A stretch of 64,000 nt of DNA from Octopus sinensis (GCF_006345805.1 NC_043025.1:11284001-11348000); one strand, 5' to 3'. Shown: positions 48,907 through 63,131, counted from the stretch's first letter. Translations and numbers: made by a program. The notes: generated from the letters alone by a model not told the origin.

Positions 48907-49373
48907 CCCTTTAGCATTCAGATTATTCTGTAAAATGTAAAGCTTATGTATTCACACCATGTAAAATTAATCTTGCATCATTTCATGGCTTTGAGATTTC
49001 AATGATGTGATTGTTTATTTTTGAAATGACACAATAAGGTAGCTATGAATGACCATATCTGACTAGAAAGGTGGTGAGCTGGCAGAAACGTTAGCACGCC
49101 GGGCGAAATGCGTAGCCGTATTTCGTCTGCCACTACGTTCTGAGTTCAAATTCCGCCGAGGTCGACTTTGCCTTTCATCCTTTAGGGGTCGATAAATTAA
49201 GTACCAGTTACGCACTGGGATCGATGTAATCGGCTTAATCCGTTTGTCTGTCCTAGTTTGTCCCCTCTGTGTTTAGCCCCTTGTGGGTAGTAAAGAAATA
49301 TATATCTGACTAATTTGAACATAAAATAGGTAGAATATTTTAGCCGGATATGGCCGGTTTAAACACTAAAGGG
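48907..49373. mobile_element. piggyBac-like MITE (same family as 33107) with nested SINE
   Basis: TTAA|CCCTTTAGC...CTAAAGGG|TTAA, with a SINE at ~49072-49300. Confidence 0.82.
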
Positions 49374-49429
49374 TTAAAGATAAATCAGTGATGTGTATGT
49401 GTCGTGTATGTTTGTGTATGTGTATATAT

Positions 49430-50150
49430 ATAAAGCTGGACACAAGAATCATCTTCGTAGTCAGAAAGCGAGACAGATGAGTGACAACCTGGCCACTGGT
49501 GGTGGTGTAACACCCCATACTAATCATATCTGTCGGGCATGTGGAAGAGAGTGTAATTCGGCAGGAGGACTTAAACGACATGCAAAGGTACATGAAGCCC
49601 AGTTACAACTACAGCCGGCTTTTTACCGGTAAAGGTTTTAGTTGCCAATTCTGTACAAGACATTGTAGATCTTTGGCTGGGCTAAAATGTCACATTCGAT
49701 CACAGCACCAATAACAGTTAAGCTTCGTGCAATGGCCATACTCGATAACGAGGGGGCAGCCATCATCATGTATGTATGTATATGGGAAGGGTCTTCCTAT
49801 AATACTGACATGCAGTGTCTGTGCAAGACCCTGCCTCAGTAAAGCTGGACTCATGAGTCATCTTCGTAGTCAGAAAACGAGACAGATGAGTGACAACCTG
49901 GCCACTGGTGGTGGTGTAACACACCATACTAATCATATCTGTCGGGCATGTGGAAGAGGAGGACTTAAACGACATGCAAAGGTACATGAAGCCCAGTTAC
50001 AACTACAGCCGGCTATTGCCCAGTAAAGTTGCCAATTTTGTACAAGGCATTGTAGATCTTTGGCTGGGCTAAAAAGTCACATTCGATCACAGCACCAGTA
50101 ACAGTTAAGCTTCGTGCAATGGCCATACTCGATAACGAGGGGGCAGCCAT
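49430..50150 (+). mobile_element. Tandemly duplicated RTE-like LINE 3' end with C2H2-type fingers
   Basis: Two ~340-bp near-identical copies encoding CSVCARPCLSKAGLMSHLRS...CRACGRECNSAGGLKRHAKVH. Confidence 0.65.
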
Positions 50151-50237
50151 CATATATATATACGCATACACACACATATATGTAGTGAGTCATACACTCG
50201 GCTAAATTTTAACAACTTCTCTTTGACTCTCTTTCAG

Positions 50238-50881
50238 GTAAATCTCGTAAACCTTTGGCAAGATTCTGCTTGCCACAGTTAACGAATTCCAGTGACGAGT
50301 GCATCGATGGCTTGGTTTTGGTGGACGACAACACGGTGGCCTCTAAGTGTGTTGAAGAAAAATATATATACCTCTGGAACCTTACTGATCATGCACCCCC
50401 TGCTACGGCACTGAACTCCAGCTCAAAGACTCGTAGAATTGAAGTCAATCCGTTTACCTGCCTCAAGTACCAGGTCATGGATGAACCCTACATATACATG
50501 TCTGGCGGGAAGGACCGTCTAGTTGTGGGTGACGCAGAGGGCAGAATCTTCATTTACAACCTGAAGCACGTCCTAGGGAAGTCTAGCTCTAAGGGAGATA
50601 ACCCAAACTTGACAATTTCAAAGGGAGGTAATTTGCTTCATTTGCCTTCACGAGTGCTCGACTGGCCGAAAATTGAGTACAATTGTGATGGCAATGGGGA
50701 AAAAAGGACAGAGGAAGAGGCAGCGATGGGTAATGATGATGGCTCCAGGAAGGAAGAAGATGAAGAAGAAGAGGAGGAACGACCCATCATCAATAGCGTT
50801 GTTATGGATGACAAGGGCGAGGTTTTGGCTGCGACAGCCGATTGCAATCTCGTCTGTATCTGGAAGGTCTGCACCAATTGA
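50238..50881 (+). CDS. LRWD1: LRWD1-like terminal coding exon
   Basis: ctctctttcag|GT (phase 1). IDGLVLVDDNTVASK...VVGDAEGRIFIYNL...LDWP...INSVV...ATADCNLVCIW. The three exons total 1707 bp = 568 aa + stop. Confidence 0.9.
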
Positions 50882-51809
50882 AAGCCGGACTGTGGTGTAT
50901 GTGTGTGTGAGTGTAACTGTATATACATGTGTGTGTTTATGAGGGGAGTTCACACACACAATGGCCCAGTGGTTAGGGCAGCGGACTCGCGGTCATAGGA
51001 TCGCGGTTTCGATTCCCAGACCGGGCGTTGTGAGTGTTTATTGAGCGAAAACACCTAAAGCTCCACGAGGCTCCAGCAGGGGTGGTGGTGATCCCTGCTG
51101 TACTCTTTCACCACAACTTTCTCTCACTCTTACTTCCTGTTTCTGTTGTACCTGTATTTCAAAGGGCCGGCCTTATCACTCTCTGTGTCACGCTGAATAT
51201 CCCCGAGAACTACGTTAAGGGTACAAGTGTCTGTGGAGTGCTCAGCCACTTATACGTTAATTTCACGAGCAGGCTGTTCTGTTGGTCGGATCAACCGGAA
51301 CCCTCGTCGTCGTAACCGACGGAGTGCTTCCATCCATCACACACACACACACACACATATATATATCATCATCGTTTAACGTCTGTTTTCCATACTAGCA
51401 TGGGTTTGACGGTTCAGCTGGGGGGGGCTGAGAAGCCAGGAGGCTACACCAGGCTCCACTCTGATCTGGCAGTGTTTCTACAGCTGGATGCCCTTCCTTG
51501 TGCCAACCACTCCGTGAGTGTAGTGGGTGGTGCTTATTACGTGCCAGAGGAGGCTGGCAAACATCCACAATCGGTTGGTGCTTTTTACATGCCACGGGCA
51601 CGGAAGCCAGTGAAGGTGGTGCTGCCTTCAGTCACGTTCGGATGGTGCTTTTTACGTACCACTGGCACAGGTATCACAACTACAATTTCCATTTGATTTT
51701 GATGTTGATGTACTTGACTCAATAGGTCTCCTCAAGCACGGCATGTGAGTATGTGTGACTGAATATGTGTTTGTGTGTGAGTATAGTGTGCATCATCATT
51801 ATTGTCTAA

Positions 51810-52029
51810 CCCTTTCGTTACCGTATTTCTGTTGAGATGCTCTGTGTTTCTTTCAATTATTTTAAATATAACAAAGAATTTAGTAAAATAACTTCGTTAT
51901 CATTCAGCTAGTGTTAGGAACATAAATTGTGACTAAGGTTTGGTGGAAGATTTTAATTCAAAATTTATGAAAACAAGACATTTTACCACAGAGCCAGAGC
52001 CGGTTTTGGCCGGGTTAGTAACAAAAGGG
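51810..52029. mobile_element. piggyBac-like MITE, second family
   Basis: CTAA|CCCTTTCGTTAC...GTAACAAAAGGG|TTAA. A related partial copy lies at ~36380-36572. Confidence 0.75.
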
Positions 52030-52328
52030 TTAACGTCCACTTTCCATGCTAAACGATGATGATGATGATGACCTGCACACTATACTCATGCAGGTATGAT
52101 TGGTTACTCTTTTACTCTTTTACTTGTTTCAGTCATTTGACTGTGGCCATGCTGGAGCACCACCTTTAATCGAGCAACTCGACCCCAGGACATATTCATT
52201 TGTAAGCCCAGTACTTATTCTATCGGTCTCTTTTGCCGAACCGCTAAGTAACGGGAACATAAACACACCAGCATCGGTTGTCAAACAATGCTAGGGGGAC
52301 AAACTAAGAAACACAAACACACACACGC

Positions 52329-52359
<31 letters not shown>

Positions 52360-52990
52360 CATATATACGATGGGCTTCTTTCAGTTTCCGTCTACCAAAT
52401 CCACTCACAAAGCTTTGGTCGGCCTGAGGCTATAGTAGAAGACACTTGCCCAAGGTGCCATGCAGTGGGACTGAAACCGGAACCATGTGGTTGGTAAGCA
52501 AGCTACTTACCACACAGCCACTCCTACGCCTATAAAGTGACACTGGGGTAAAATATACAAAGCCCAGTATACCCATCATGACTACCCGTCTGATAAGGGT
52601 ACACTGGGCACATGCATCACAACCATATGACCTTGCAGGTGGGGCTTCTTTAATAATTATCAATATCTATGTGCGCCTGTATGGAGACACAATGGCCTAG
52701 TGGTTAGGGCTATTAGAAGACATTTGCCCAAGGTGCCACGCAGTGGGACTGAACCCGGAACCATGTGGTTGGTAAACAAGCTACTTACCACACACAAAAC
52801 CTGCTTTGCAATCTCTGCCAGGTGGTTGTATGTATATGTGTATATATATATATGTATGTATATGTGTATATATATATTGCTTTTTTCAGTCATTTGACTT
52901 TGGCTATGCTGGAGCATCGCCTTTAGTTGAACAAATTGACCCTAGGACTTATTCTTTGTAAGCCTAGTTTCCATTATTTTGTCCAACCCC

Positions 52991-53060
<70 letters not shown>

Positions 53061-56000
53061 TATATATATATTCGGCTGTAAAAATCATGTCAAAACAGAC
53101 ACAGAAGTCCGGTGCAGGCTCATGCCTGACCAGCTCCTATCAAACGGAAGGCAGATGTTACACGATGATGAATCAAAACCTCATGGTCAGTTGCATTGCA
53201 TCATAGAAAAATGACTTTCATGACAACCTTAGATCAGTCCAGGCTTTGTAAATGAAAAACAAGTTCGTTGGAGATTGTATGAAAAGGCTCATTGGATGGA
53301 CCGGCTGGTTTGGATCCGTTTAGTGGATGCCCAGTCTTGTATTGTATGTATATTCACTCATACTGCAACACTGGACATTATGTTAACCCTTCAGCATTTT
53401 AAGATACATTGTTTTGAATTACGCACTATCACATCGTCAAGGTTTTGTGATGTGATTTTAATGTTACTATGACATTGTGGGGTAGGTCTGATAGGCTGGA
53501 TCTGGCCTTGTTTTGAATTAATCTTGTATTATCTCATAGCTTCAAGATTTCACAGTTGTGATTGTTTAATTTTAGAATACTGGTAAAATGTGTTTATAAA
53601 ACATTTTTTTCTCTTGGCTTTATTGAGAAAATTCTATAGTTTGTAAGATATTTGTTGTTTTTTTTTTCTTCAATTTCTGCAATTTCAACCAATCACTGAC
53701 GTCTATTGAGGTAAAAAAAAACATTTTGTGCCATATGAATGTGTCTCTCGTTTAAGAAACAGATTAGGTTTATTTACATTTGTGAAGAAAAAAAGAGACC
53801 CTTCCCCCCACCCCTAACACTAAAACAGACTGAAATGCAATAGATCGATTCTAGGGTCATAATTATGGGTGACAATTTCATATGACACCGCGAGAAAAAA
53901 CTGTTGGTCTGTTTTTGCTGAACCGTTACAGGGGACGTAAACACCAGCATCAGTTGTCAAGCGATGTTGGAGGGGGGGACAGACGCACAAACACACACAC
54001 GTATATATATGTATATACATATATATGACGGGCTTCTTTCAGTTTCCGTCTCCCAAATCCACTCACAAGGCTTTGGTCGACCCGAGGCTACAGCAGAAGA
54101 CACTTGCCCAAGGTGCCACGCAGTGGGACTGAACCCAGAACCATGTGGTTGGTAAGCAAGCTACTTACCACACAGCCAATCCTACGTCCATTCTATAAAA
54201 AACAACAAAAATTTGTAATATTTTATCAATGAATATTTTAATGACATAACTCAATAATCGATATTTTAATATAAGATATCAATAATTAATATTTTAATGT
54301 GAGATATTAATATTTTTATACATGTGTTAATGGAAAATGCGTTAACAAGAAAAAAGAGATAACAAGCAAAAAATGCCTAGATTCTGTCTTTCACACACAT
54401 GCATGATCACATATACTCTTTTACTTGTTTCAGTCATTTGACTGCGGCCATGCTGGAGCACCGCCTTTAGTCGAGCAAATGGACCCCGGGACTTATTCTT
54501 TGTAAGCCCAGTACTATTCTATTTGCCGAACCGCTAAGTGACGGGGACATAAACACACCAGCATCAGTTGTCAAGCAATGCTAGGGGGACAAATACAGAC
54601 ACACAAACACACACACGCATATATATATGCATATATACGACGGGCTTCTTTCAGTTTCCGTCTACCAAATCCACTCACAAGGCTTTGGTCGGCGCGGGTT
54701 ATAGTAGAAGACACTTGCCCAAGGTGCCATGCAGTGGGACTGAACCCAGAACCATGTGGTTGGTAAACAAGCTACTTACCACACCCCTGCACATCACAGC
54801 AATAGGCAAGTGTGTGTGTATATATTTTTACTCATGCGGTAACCTCCCCTCTCTGGGCTGGGGGGGATGTAATTTAGCCTGCAGGCAGTATAGAGCAACA
54901 TCAGACAGACCAAGAAGTATACTGAGTATTTCCTGATGAATATATATGTATGTATGTATATGTGTATATTATATATATATTGCTTTTTTCAGTCATTTGA
55001 CTTTGGCTATGCCGGAGCATCACCTTTAGTTGAACAAATTGACCCTAGGACTTATTCTTTGTGAGCCTAGTTTCCATTATTTTGTCCAACCCCTATATAT
55101 ATATATATGTATATATTATAATAAATTATTATTATTTATATATGTATATATATATATATATACACATATATATACATATATATACACACATATACATATA
55201 TATATATACACACACATATATATATATATACACATATATACACACACACATATATATATATATATACACATATACATATCTGTATATATATATATATATA
55301 TACACACACACATACACGTACATTTGTCCAAGACAAATCTGGGAAACAAATTTTAGATATAACAGTTAAAAGATTTTTTTTTTCTTGCTTCTCATATGTT
55401 AAGTTTTGAAATTAAGGAAATGAAAATTGATGAGGAATATGAAAATGGCAGCTTCTAGACGCAGAAACACACACACACTCACACGTACAGATAATATATA
55501 CAGAGGCATGGCTAGAATTTTGCCAAAAAAAAAAACAGAAGAAAAAAATGCCTTCTCCAGTGTTAAAACAGAATCACCATTAGCTTTAAAAATTTACAGA
55601 ATACATGAAATTATAATAAGCTGTTAAATAATAATTATATTTGCATGAAGAAGTTGAATGTGAGATGTGAGAAAAGGGGAGAGTTGTCTGAACATGCTGA
55701 CATTACCCCTGGCTATGGGAGTGAGGGACATATATATATATGTATATATATATATATGTATGTATGTATATATATATGTATATATATATATATAATATAT
55801 ACATACATACAAATTGAGATGGGGTTGCAAATTCAACCCTCCATGAGTTGATTAATGATTTAGATGTATTTCTCCATTTTCTGATTTTGTATAATATATT
55901 ATATATATATATATATTACACATATATATATATATACATATATATATATTTATATTTACATATATATATATATATATATAAGGACAAGATCGCTAATTTA

Positions 56001-56092
56001 AATTAAATAACAATCTTATCAAGTGGCCAGCAGAGAAATAAAAACTTTCAAAAGTAATAATTATTACTGAAATTATAAATTAGGGTTGATAC

Positions 56093-56298
56093 GAGATACT
56101 GCCGTGCTGAAAATAGCAGCCAAGTTCTGACTCTAAACTCACATTAAATGCCCATACAGCACAAGGAGAGAAGACAAAAACACAAAAATTTTTACTAGTT
56201 TTATTTTCTCTTTTTGTCTTCTCTCCTGGTTCTGTATAAACATTTAATGTGGTTTTAGAGTCAGATCTTGGCTGCTATTTTCAGCATCGCAGTATCTC
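56093..56298. repeat. Fold-back element, ~88-bp imperfect arms
   Basis: 56093-56180 versus 56211-56298. Confidence 0.85.
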
Positions 56299-56876
56299 TT
56301 AGATACCCTAAATTATATATATATATATATATATACACAGTATCAACACACACACACATATATATACATACACACACACATATACATACATGCATATACA
56401 CACATATATAAAGGTGGCAAGCTGGCAGAAACGTTAGCGCGCTGGGCGAAATGTTTAGCGGTATTTCATCTGTCGTTACGTTCTGAGTTCAAATTCCGCC
56501 GAGGTCGACTTTGCCTTTCATCCTTTCGGGGTCGATAAATAAAGTACCAGTTTTGCAACTGGGGTCATTGTGATTCCTTTGTCCTTGTTTGTCCCCTCTA
56601 TGTTTAGCCCATTGTGGGCAGTAAAGAAATATATACACACATATACAGTTATGTTATATTCTATTAGGAACGTGATAGAGCATAATATAAAGTATTACTA
56701 TCGGTAACTTCCGAGTTTGAGCATTCGTCGTGTGTGAATGTAAAATTGAAGATATTGGAGTCAAGAAGATATTTTTGGACATTTTTTCATTATTTCCTAC
56801 AATTATTTCAACCCAACGTAGTTCTACCAGAATACAGGTATCTGATTATGCAGCTGTTTGTTTGCATAATCATTAT

Positions 56877-57133
56877 ATATAAAACTGAAGTTGTGTGAGA
56901 GTCTGTCTCCTCTGATGTAGATTCCTAACTACTCCCACATTTTGCGGTGCAGTTTAACCAAAAGCAGGTCTTCTGGGTATTAGCGCGCGTCTACGATTTA
57001 AAAAAAATTTTACTATCATTTTTTCACTTTTTTAATGGATCTTTTGCTCGGTTTATATAAGGGAAGTAACTCTCTAAAAATGCTTATATAGTTATTTCCC
57101 TTACAAATTCGAGCAACGCCGGGCGATACTGCT
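56877..57133 (+). mobile_element. Helitron copy truncated at the RTE junction
   Basis: Same family body, 3' hairpin present. Confidence 0.7.
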
Positions 57134-57134
57134 T

Positions 57135-58884
57135 GTGAAATCTAAATGCGTTAGTTTAAAACCATCGACTTCAAGGCCATCTCTTGAAGCGTCGCTCTTG
57201 CACACCACATCTAATGCTTCTATGTCCAGCATTTCTCACAGAGTGCTTACACTCTGTCGTGTGTGCACACTGACATTACACATCCAGCGGATCATGCTAG
57301 TTTCATTTCTTTCAAGTCTACGCATGTCCTCTGCAGTCACAGCCCATGTTTCACTATCGTGAAACATGGCAGTTCGCACACATGCATCATACAATCTACC
57401 TTTCACTCTGAGCGAGAGACCCTTTGTCGCCAATCGGGGTAGGAGCTTCCTAAACTTTACCCAGGCTATTCTTTTTCTAGTGGTATCACTCTCTGAGCAT
57501 CCACCTCCACTACTAACTTGGTCACCCAAGTAGCGGAAACTATCAACTACTTCTAGTTTCTCCCCCTCGAGTGTGATGGAATCTGTTTTCTGAGTATTTG
57601 TGGTGTCTATTGTCCCTGTGCATCTGCCGCACATGAAAGCTATCTTATCAGTTAATTTCCCTTTGATGTTGCTGCACCTCTTATGCCTCCATAGCTTACA
57701 CTGGGTGCATCTTATGGAGTTTCTACCTACACCTTTCCTACAGATTGAGCAGGGCCACCTGCCCGAGGGTGTGTGTGCTGTGTTCGCCTTTCTGCTTACT
57801 ATAACTTTGGTCTTTGCTACATTTACTCTAAGGCTCTTTGATTCTAACCCTTGCTTCCACACCCGAAATTTCTATTCTAGTTCTGGTAGTGATTCTGCTA
57901 AGAGAGCCAGGTCATCAGCATAGAGGAGCTCCCAGGGGCAACCTGTTTTGAATTCCTCTGTTATTGCCTGGAGGACTATGATGAATAAAAGGGGACTGAG
58001 GGCTGAGCCTTGTGTACATCTACTTCTACCCGGAATTCTTCACTATATTCGTTGCCAATCCTAACCTTGCTGACAGCCTCTCTGTATAGGGCCTGTACAG
58101 CCCTTATTAGCCATTTGTCAATCTCTAGTTTCCGCATCGACCATGGCTTTGTCTACTGCACTATTCCACCACCACGTAACTCTAGGTCTGGAAGGGACTT
58201 TGCACCATCCACAGACTTGGTCTGTGGCACTCAGCAAGCTGTCCCGTAGGAATTTCCAGCTACCTTCTATGTCCGACGTCTGTAGCTCCTCCCCCCTCTC
58301 ATCAAATTTCTTGATGAGGATGTCCCTAAATCTCTGACCATGTGAAGGGTTCTTTAGCTTCCAAATCCTTCTTTTCTGGATTGGTCTGTTTTTTTGAGTC
58401 CTTCTGGCCTGAAGCCTAAAGTCACTAATGATTAGCCTATGCTGAGAGATACATTCTTCACCCGGGAGGGTCTTTGTATTTAAGAGCGACCCTGCATCCC
58501 GCTGTCTGGTGAGGATGAAGTCTATTTGGCTAGCGGAGTCTCCTGACTGATAAGTTATAAGGTGGAAGTCAGGCTTCCTGAAGTTAGTGTTGCAGATTAA
58601 AAGGTTACATGCATCACAGAATTCCAGTAGTCTAGTTCCCTCATCATTTCTGGTGCCAATACCATGGCCACCGTGTACCCCAGTGAAGATACCCGATTCC
58701 CTCTCAACATGCCCATTAAAGTCTCCACCCATGAAGATGAGGTCCTTGCCACTAGTCTTTGAGGTAGCCTGTAGAAGGGTATCATAAAAGTGGTCCTTCT
58801 GATCATTTGGTAACCCCGCATGTGGGGCATAGGCGGAGATAATCGTAGCTGTGCCACTCTGTAGGACTAACCTGAGCTTTAGTA

Positions 58885-58888
<4 letters not shown>
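57135..58888 (-). mobile_element. Internally deleted RTE-clade LINE (APE endonuclease part joined to RT part)
   Basis: ISAYAP...MGGDFNGHV...RNDEGTRLLEFC...SQIDFIL (endonuclease), followed directly by GSALSPLLFIIV...LLYADDL (RT) and YDACVRTAM...ETWAVT. Confidence 0.92.
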
Positions 58889-58927
<39 letters not shown>

Positions 58928-59794
58928 ATATTACACCACCACACACATACAAAATATACTTAGAGATATGCTATGCAATATATGAAAAGATGGGATAGTC
59001 ATGGCAGGAACATATATGAACATAGTATCTGTTGGAGAAAACAACAAATGGTGGACATACTAGACAATGTAGTCCAGATATGCCTGAATAGAAGATGGGA
59101 TGGTCATGGCTGGAATATGTTGACCATAGGTCTGCCGGGTTAGGGGCTTCACAACAATACTACCTATTTCTTTACTACCCACAAGGGGCTAAACACAGGG
59201 GACAAACAAGGACAAACGGATTAAGTCGATCATATCGACCCCAGTGCGTAACTGGTACTTTATTTATCGACCCCGAAAGGATGAAAGGCAAAGTCGACCT
59301 TGGCGGAATTTGAACCCAGAACGTAGCGGCAGACGAAATACCTATCTCTTTACTACCCACAAGGGGCTAAACACAGAGGGGACAAACAAGGACAGACAGT
59401 GCTAAATGCTCAGCAGTATTTCGTCTGCCGCTACGTTCTGGGTTCAAATTCCGCTGAGGTCGACTTTACCTTTCATCCTTTCGGGGTCAATAAATTAAGT
59501 ACCAGTTACGCACTGGGGTCGATGTAATCAACTTGATCCCTTTGTCTGTCCTTGTTTATCACCTCTGTGTTTAGCCCCTTGTGGGTAGTGAAGAAATAGG
59601 TATATCGTCTGCCGCTACGTTCTGGGTTCAAATTCCGCCGAGGTCGACTTTGCCTTTCATCCTTTCGGGGTCGATAAATTAAGTACCAGCAATACTACCA
59701 CCACCAACAACAACAACAACAAATACCAGCCTCTCTGTCATACGCACACACACATAAATATGCATACAGCGGTTGACCAAGACGTCTGTACGCT

Positions 59795-60009
59795 TCATTC
59801 AATGTCATGCCAGACTCCAATTGTCTGCGAGACGTGCTCCAGTTGGTGAGATGTCCATGTTTCGTTGACGCTAAGGACTCGTTTCGCTGAGATCAAACAT
59901 AAAACATCTCGATGGCTCCGCAGGAATTTCAGGCTCTGGTGATAAAGGGTTGTGCTTCCTTCTAATTGGTCAGAGTTTTTGTCTCCTGTCATCACCAGGA
60001 ACACATCAG
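59795..60009 (-). CDS. Terminal exon of the same unrecognised protein
   Basis: ttttgcag|CT (phase 1, compatible with the 63132 donor). (A)DVFLVMTGDKNSDQLEGSTTLYHQSLKFLRSHRDVLCLISAKRVLSVNETWTSHQLEHVSQTIGVWHDIE*. Confidence 0.75.
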
Positions 60010-61239
60010 CTGCAAAACAAACACAGAAAAAGAAAAATATATATATATATATATATAAGTATAAGGCGCAGGAGTGGCTGTGTGGTAAGTAGCTTGCTTA
60101 CCAACATCATGGTCCCAGTTCAGTCCCACTGCGTGGCACCTTGGGCAAGTGTCTTCTACTATAGCCTTGGGCCAACCAAAGCCTTGTGAGTGAATTTGGT
60201 AGAGGGAAACTGAAAGAAGCCCGTCGTATATATGTATATATATATATAGGCGCAGGAGTGGCTGTGTGGTAAGTAGTTTGCTTACCAACCACATGGTTCT
60301 GGGTTCAGTCCCACTGCGTGGCACCTCGGGCAAGTGTCTTCTACTATAGCCCTGGGCCGACCAAAGCCTTGTGAGTGGATTTGGTAGACGGAAACTGAAA
60401 GAAGCCCGTTGTATATATATATACATATAGGTGCAGGAGTGGCTGTGTGGTAAGTAGCTTGCTTACCAACATCATGGTCCCAGGTTCAGTCCCACTGTGT
60501 GGCACCTTGGGCAAGTGTCTTCTACTATAGCCCCGGGACGACCAAAGCTTTGTGAGTGGATTTGGTAGACAGAAACTGAAAGAAGCCCGTCGTATATATG
60601 TATATATATATATATATATATATAGGCGCAGGAGTGGCTGTGTGGTAAGTAGCTTGCTTACCAACCACATGGTTCTGGGTTCAGTCCCATTGCGTGGCAC
60701 CTTGGGCAAGTGTCTTCTACTATAGCCTCGGGCCAACCAAAGCCTTGTGAGTGGATTTGGTAGACGGAAACTGAAAGAAGCCTGTCGTATATATGTATAT
60801 ATATATATATATATATATACATACACATAAATATAAGGGGGAACCACTAAGTGGAAGCCCTTACGCTAGAAAGGTCTCTTACGCATAGGTCTCAACCACT
60901 AAGAATTGTTCTCCAGAAAATTCATTTGTCTTGCTCACTTACGTTTCTGGTGTGCTGAATTTTTTATGAATATTTATGTATAAAATACTATTTACTGAAT
61001 CTCAGTTTTTTATATGCTAGACCACTGGTGTTAAAATTGATGCTATTTAACTAATATCCAATTTTTCACCCTCATCTTAATTTTTACATATATATATATA
61101 TATTATTATTTTTTTTTTATATATATATATATATGTAAATGTGTGTGTGTGTGTTTGTTCCCCCAGCATCGCTTGACAATATATATATACATATATGTGT
61201 GTGCGTGTATATGTATATATATGTGTGTGTGTGTGTATA

Positions 61240-61628
61240 TCTATATATATAAAACTGTAGTTGTGTGAGTGTCTGTCCCCTTCGATTTAGATTCCTAACT
61301 ACTCCCACATTTTGCGGTGCAGTTTAACCAAAACCGGGTATCTTATAGTCGTGATTCATATCGAGCCCTTCTGGGTACTAGCGCGCGTCTACGATGAGTC
61401 TACGATTTTAAAAGTAATTTACCATCATTTTTTTCCATTTTCATGCATTTTTTTTAAAGGGAAGTAACTCTGTAAAAATGTCTACGATGAGTCAACGATT
61501 TTAAAAAAAATTTACCATCATATTTTTTCCATTTTTAATGCATTTTTTGCTATTTTTTGGCTATAACTCTCTAAAAATGCTTATATAGTTATTTCCCTTA
61601 CAAACCCGAGCAACGCCGGGCGATACTA
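61240..61628 (+). mobile_element. Non-autonomous Helitron (CTAG eroded)
   Basis: TC start, family body and 3' hairpin. Confidence 0.75.
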
Positions 61629-62185
61629 TATATAAATATTAAGTGGCACTCCATCGGTTATGACAACAAGAGGTCTAGTTGATCTGATCAGTGGAACGAC
61701 CTGCTTGCGATATTAACATTCAAGTGGCTGAGCACTCCACAGACAGGTGCATCCTTAACATAGTTCTCAGGAAGAGTCAATGCGAAGCAGTATAAGTGCA
61801 GTCTATATTTATATACACACTTCACATTCAAACAATGTATGTATTCATGTATACACTTCTTCATATACAAATGATATACGGCCACCACCACTTGCTGGGC
61901 ACTCCTTTGGTTACGAGGATGAGAGTTCAAGTTGATTTGATCAACGGAACATCTTGCTCATGAAATTAACGTGCAAGTGGCTGAGCACTCCACAGACATG
62001 TGTACCCTGGACGTAATTCTCAGGGAGATTCAGTGTGACAAAGCTGGACCTGTGAAATACAGGTACAACTCATTTTTGCCAGGTGAGTGCACTGTGTACT
62101 CAAGGACACAAAACACCACCAGGAATCGAACCATGACCGTACAACCTTCAGACAAATACCCTTACCACTTGGCCACCAAATTCAC

Positions 62186-62620
62186 ATATTTTCAATTCAA
62201 TTCAATTCAATTTTTATTGGCTCAAAAAGCAAAAGCAAGGCCATGTAAGGGGACAGGGAGGGTGGTCATACAAAGAGAGACTTTGAACCGAGGGGTCGTT
62301 GGCATCTTCGCTATCTCATCTGGCAGCTTATTCCACGGATCCGCAACCCAGACGGAGAAAGCCCCTCTCCTTCGATTGAGATGAAATCGTCGCAGATAGA
62401 GCTTTTCGGAGTGACCCCGCAGCCAATGCTCTGGAGCAGGAGTGAAGAACAGCTCTTTCGAGAGGTTACACTTTCCACTTATGATGTGAGCAAGAATGAG
62501 ATCACCACGGCGGCGGCGTTTTTCGAGAGAATAAAGGTCGAGCATCTTCAGCCTTTCTTCATGAGACAAATTCTTGAGACCAAGAACCATGCAGGTAGCC
62601 AACTTCTGGACTCTTTTGAG
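62186..62620 (-). mobile_element. CR1-like LINE 3' fragment
   Basis: LSHEERLKMLDLYSLEKRRRRGDLI...FSVWVADPWNKLP and a (TTGAA)n tail. Confidence 0.82.
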
Positions 62621-63131
62621 ATGATGTATGTATATATACTAAATAACCGCAAACATATAGGCGCAGGAGTGGCTGTGTGGTAAGTAGCTTGCTAACCAAC
62701 CACATGGTTCCGGGTTCAGTCCCACTGCGTGGCATCTTGAGCAAGTGTCTTCTGCTATAGCCCTGGGCCGACCAATGCCTTGTGAGTGGATTTGGTAGAC
62801 AGAAACTGAAAGAAGCCTGTCGTATATATATATATGTATGTGTGTTTCTGTTTGTCCCCCTAGCATTGCTTAACAACCAATGCTGGTGTGTTTACGTCCC
62901 CGTCACTTAGCAGTTCAGCAAAAGAGAACCGATAGAATAAGTACTGGGCTTACAAAAGAATAAGCCCCAGGGTCGATTTGCTCGACTAAAAGGCGGTGCT
63001 CCAGCATGGCCGCAGTCAAATGACTGAAACAAGTAAAAGAGCAAAAGGGATATAAATACCCCCCAACCCCACCCCCACCTCAGTATCAACCCAATACGGG
63101 CCCCAAAAAAGCAAAATATCGGCCAACTCAC

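Noticed and set aside
3304-50881. A functional germline-chromatin cluster (PRDM9 writer, LRWD1 methyl-histone reader, BRF1)
   Set aside because: Proximity alone is not evidence of co-function in animals, and LRWD1 is known to read repressive marks rather than PRDM9's marks.
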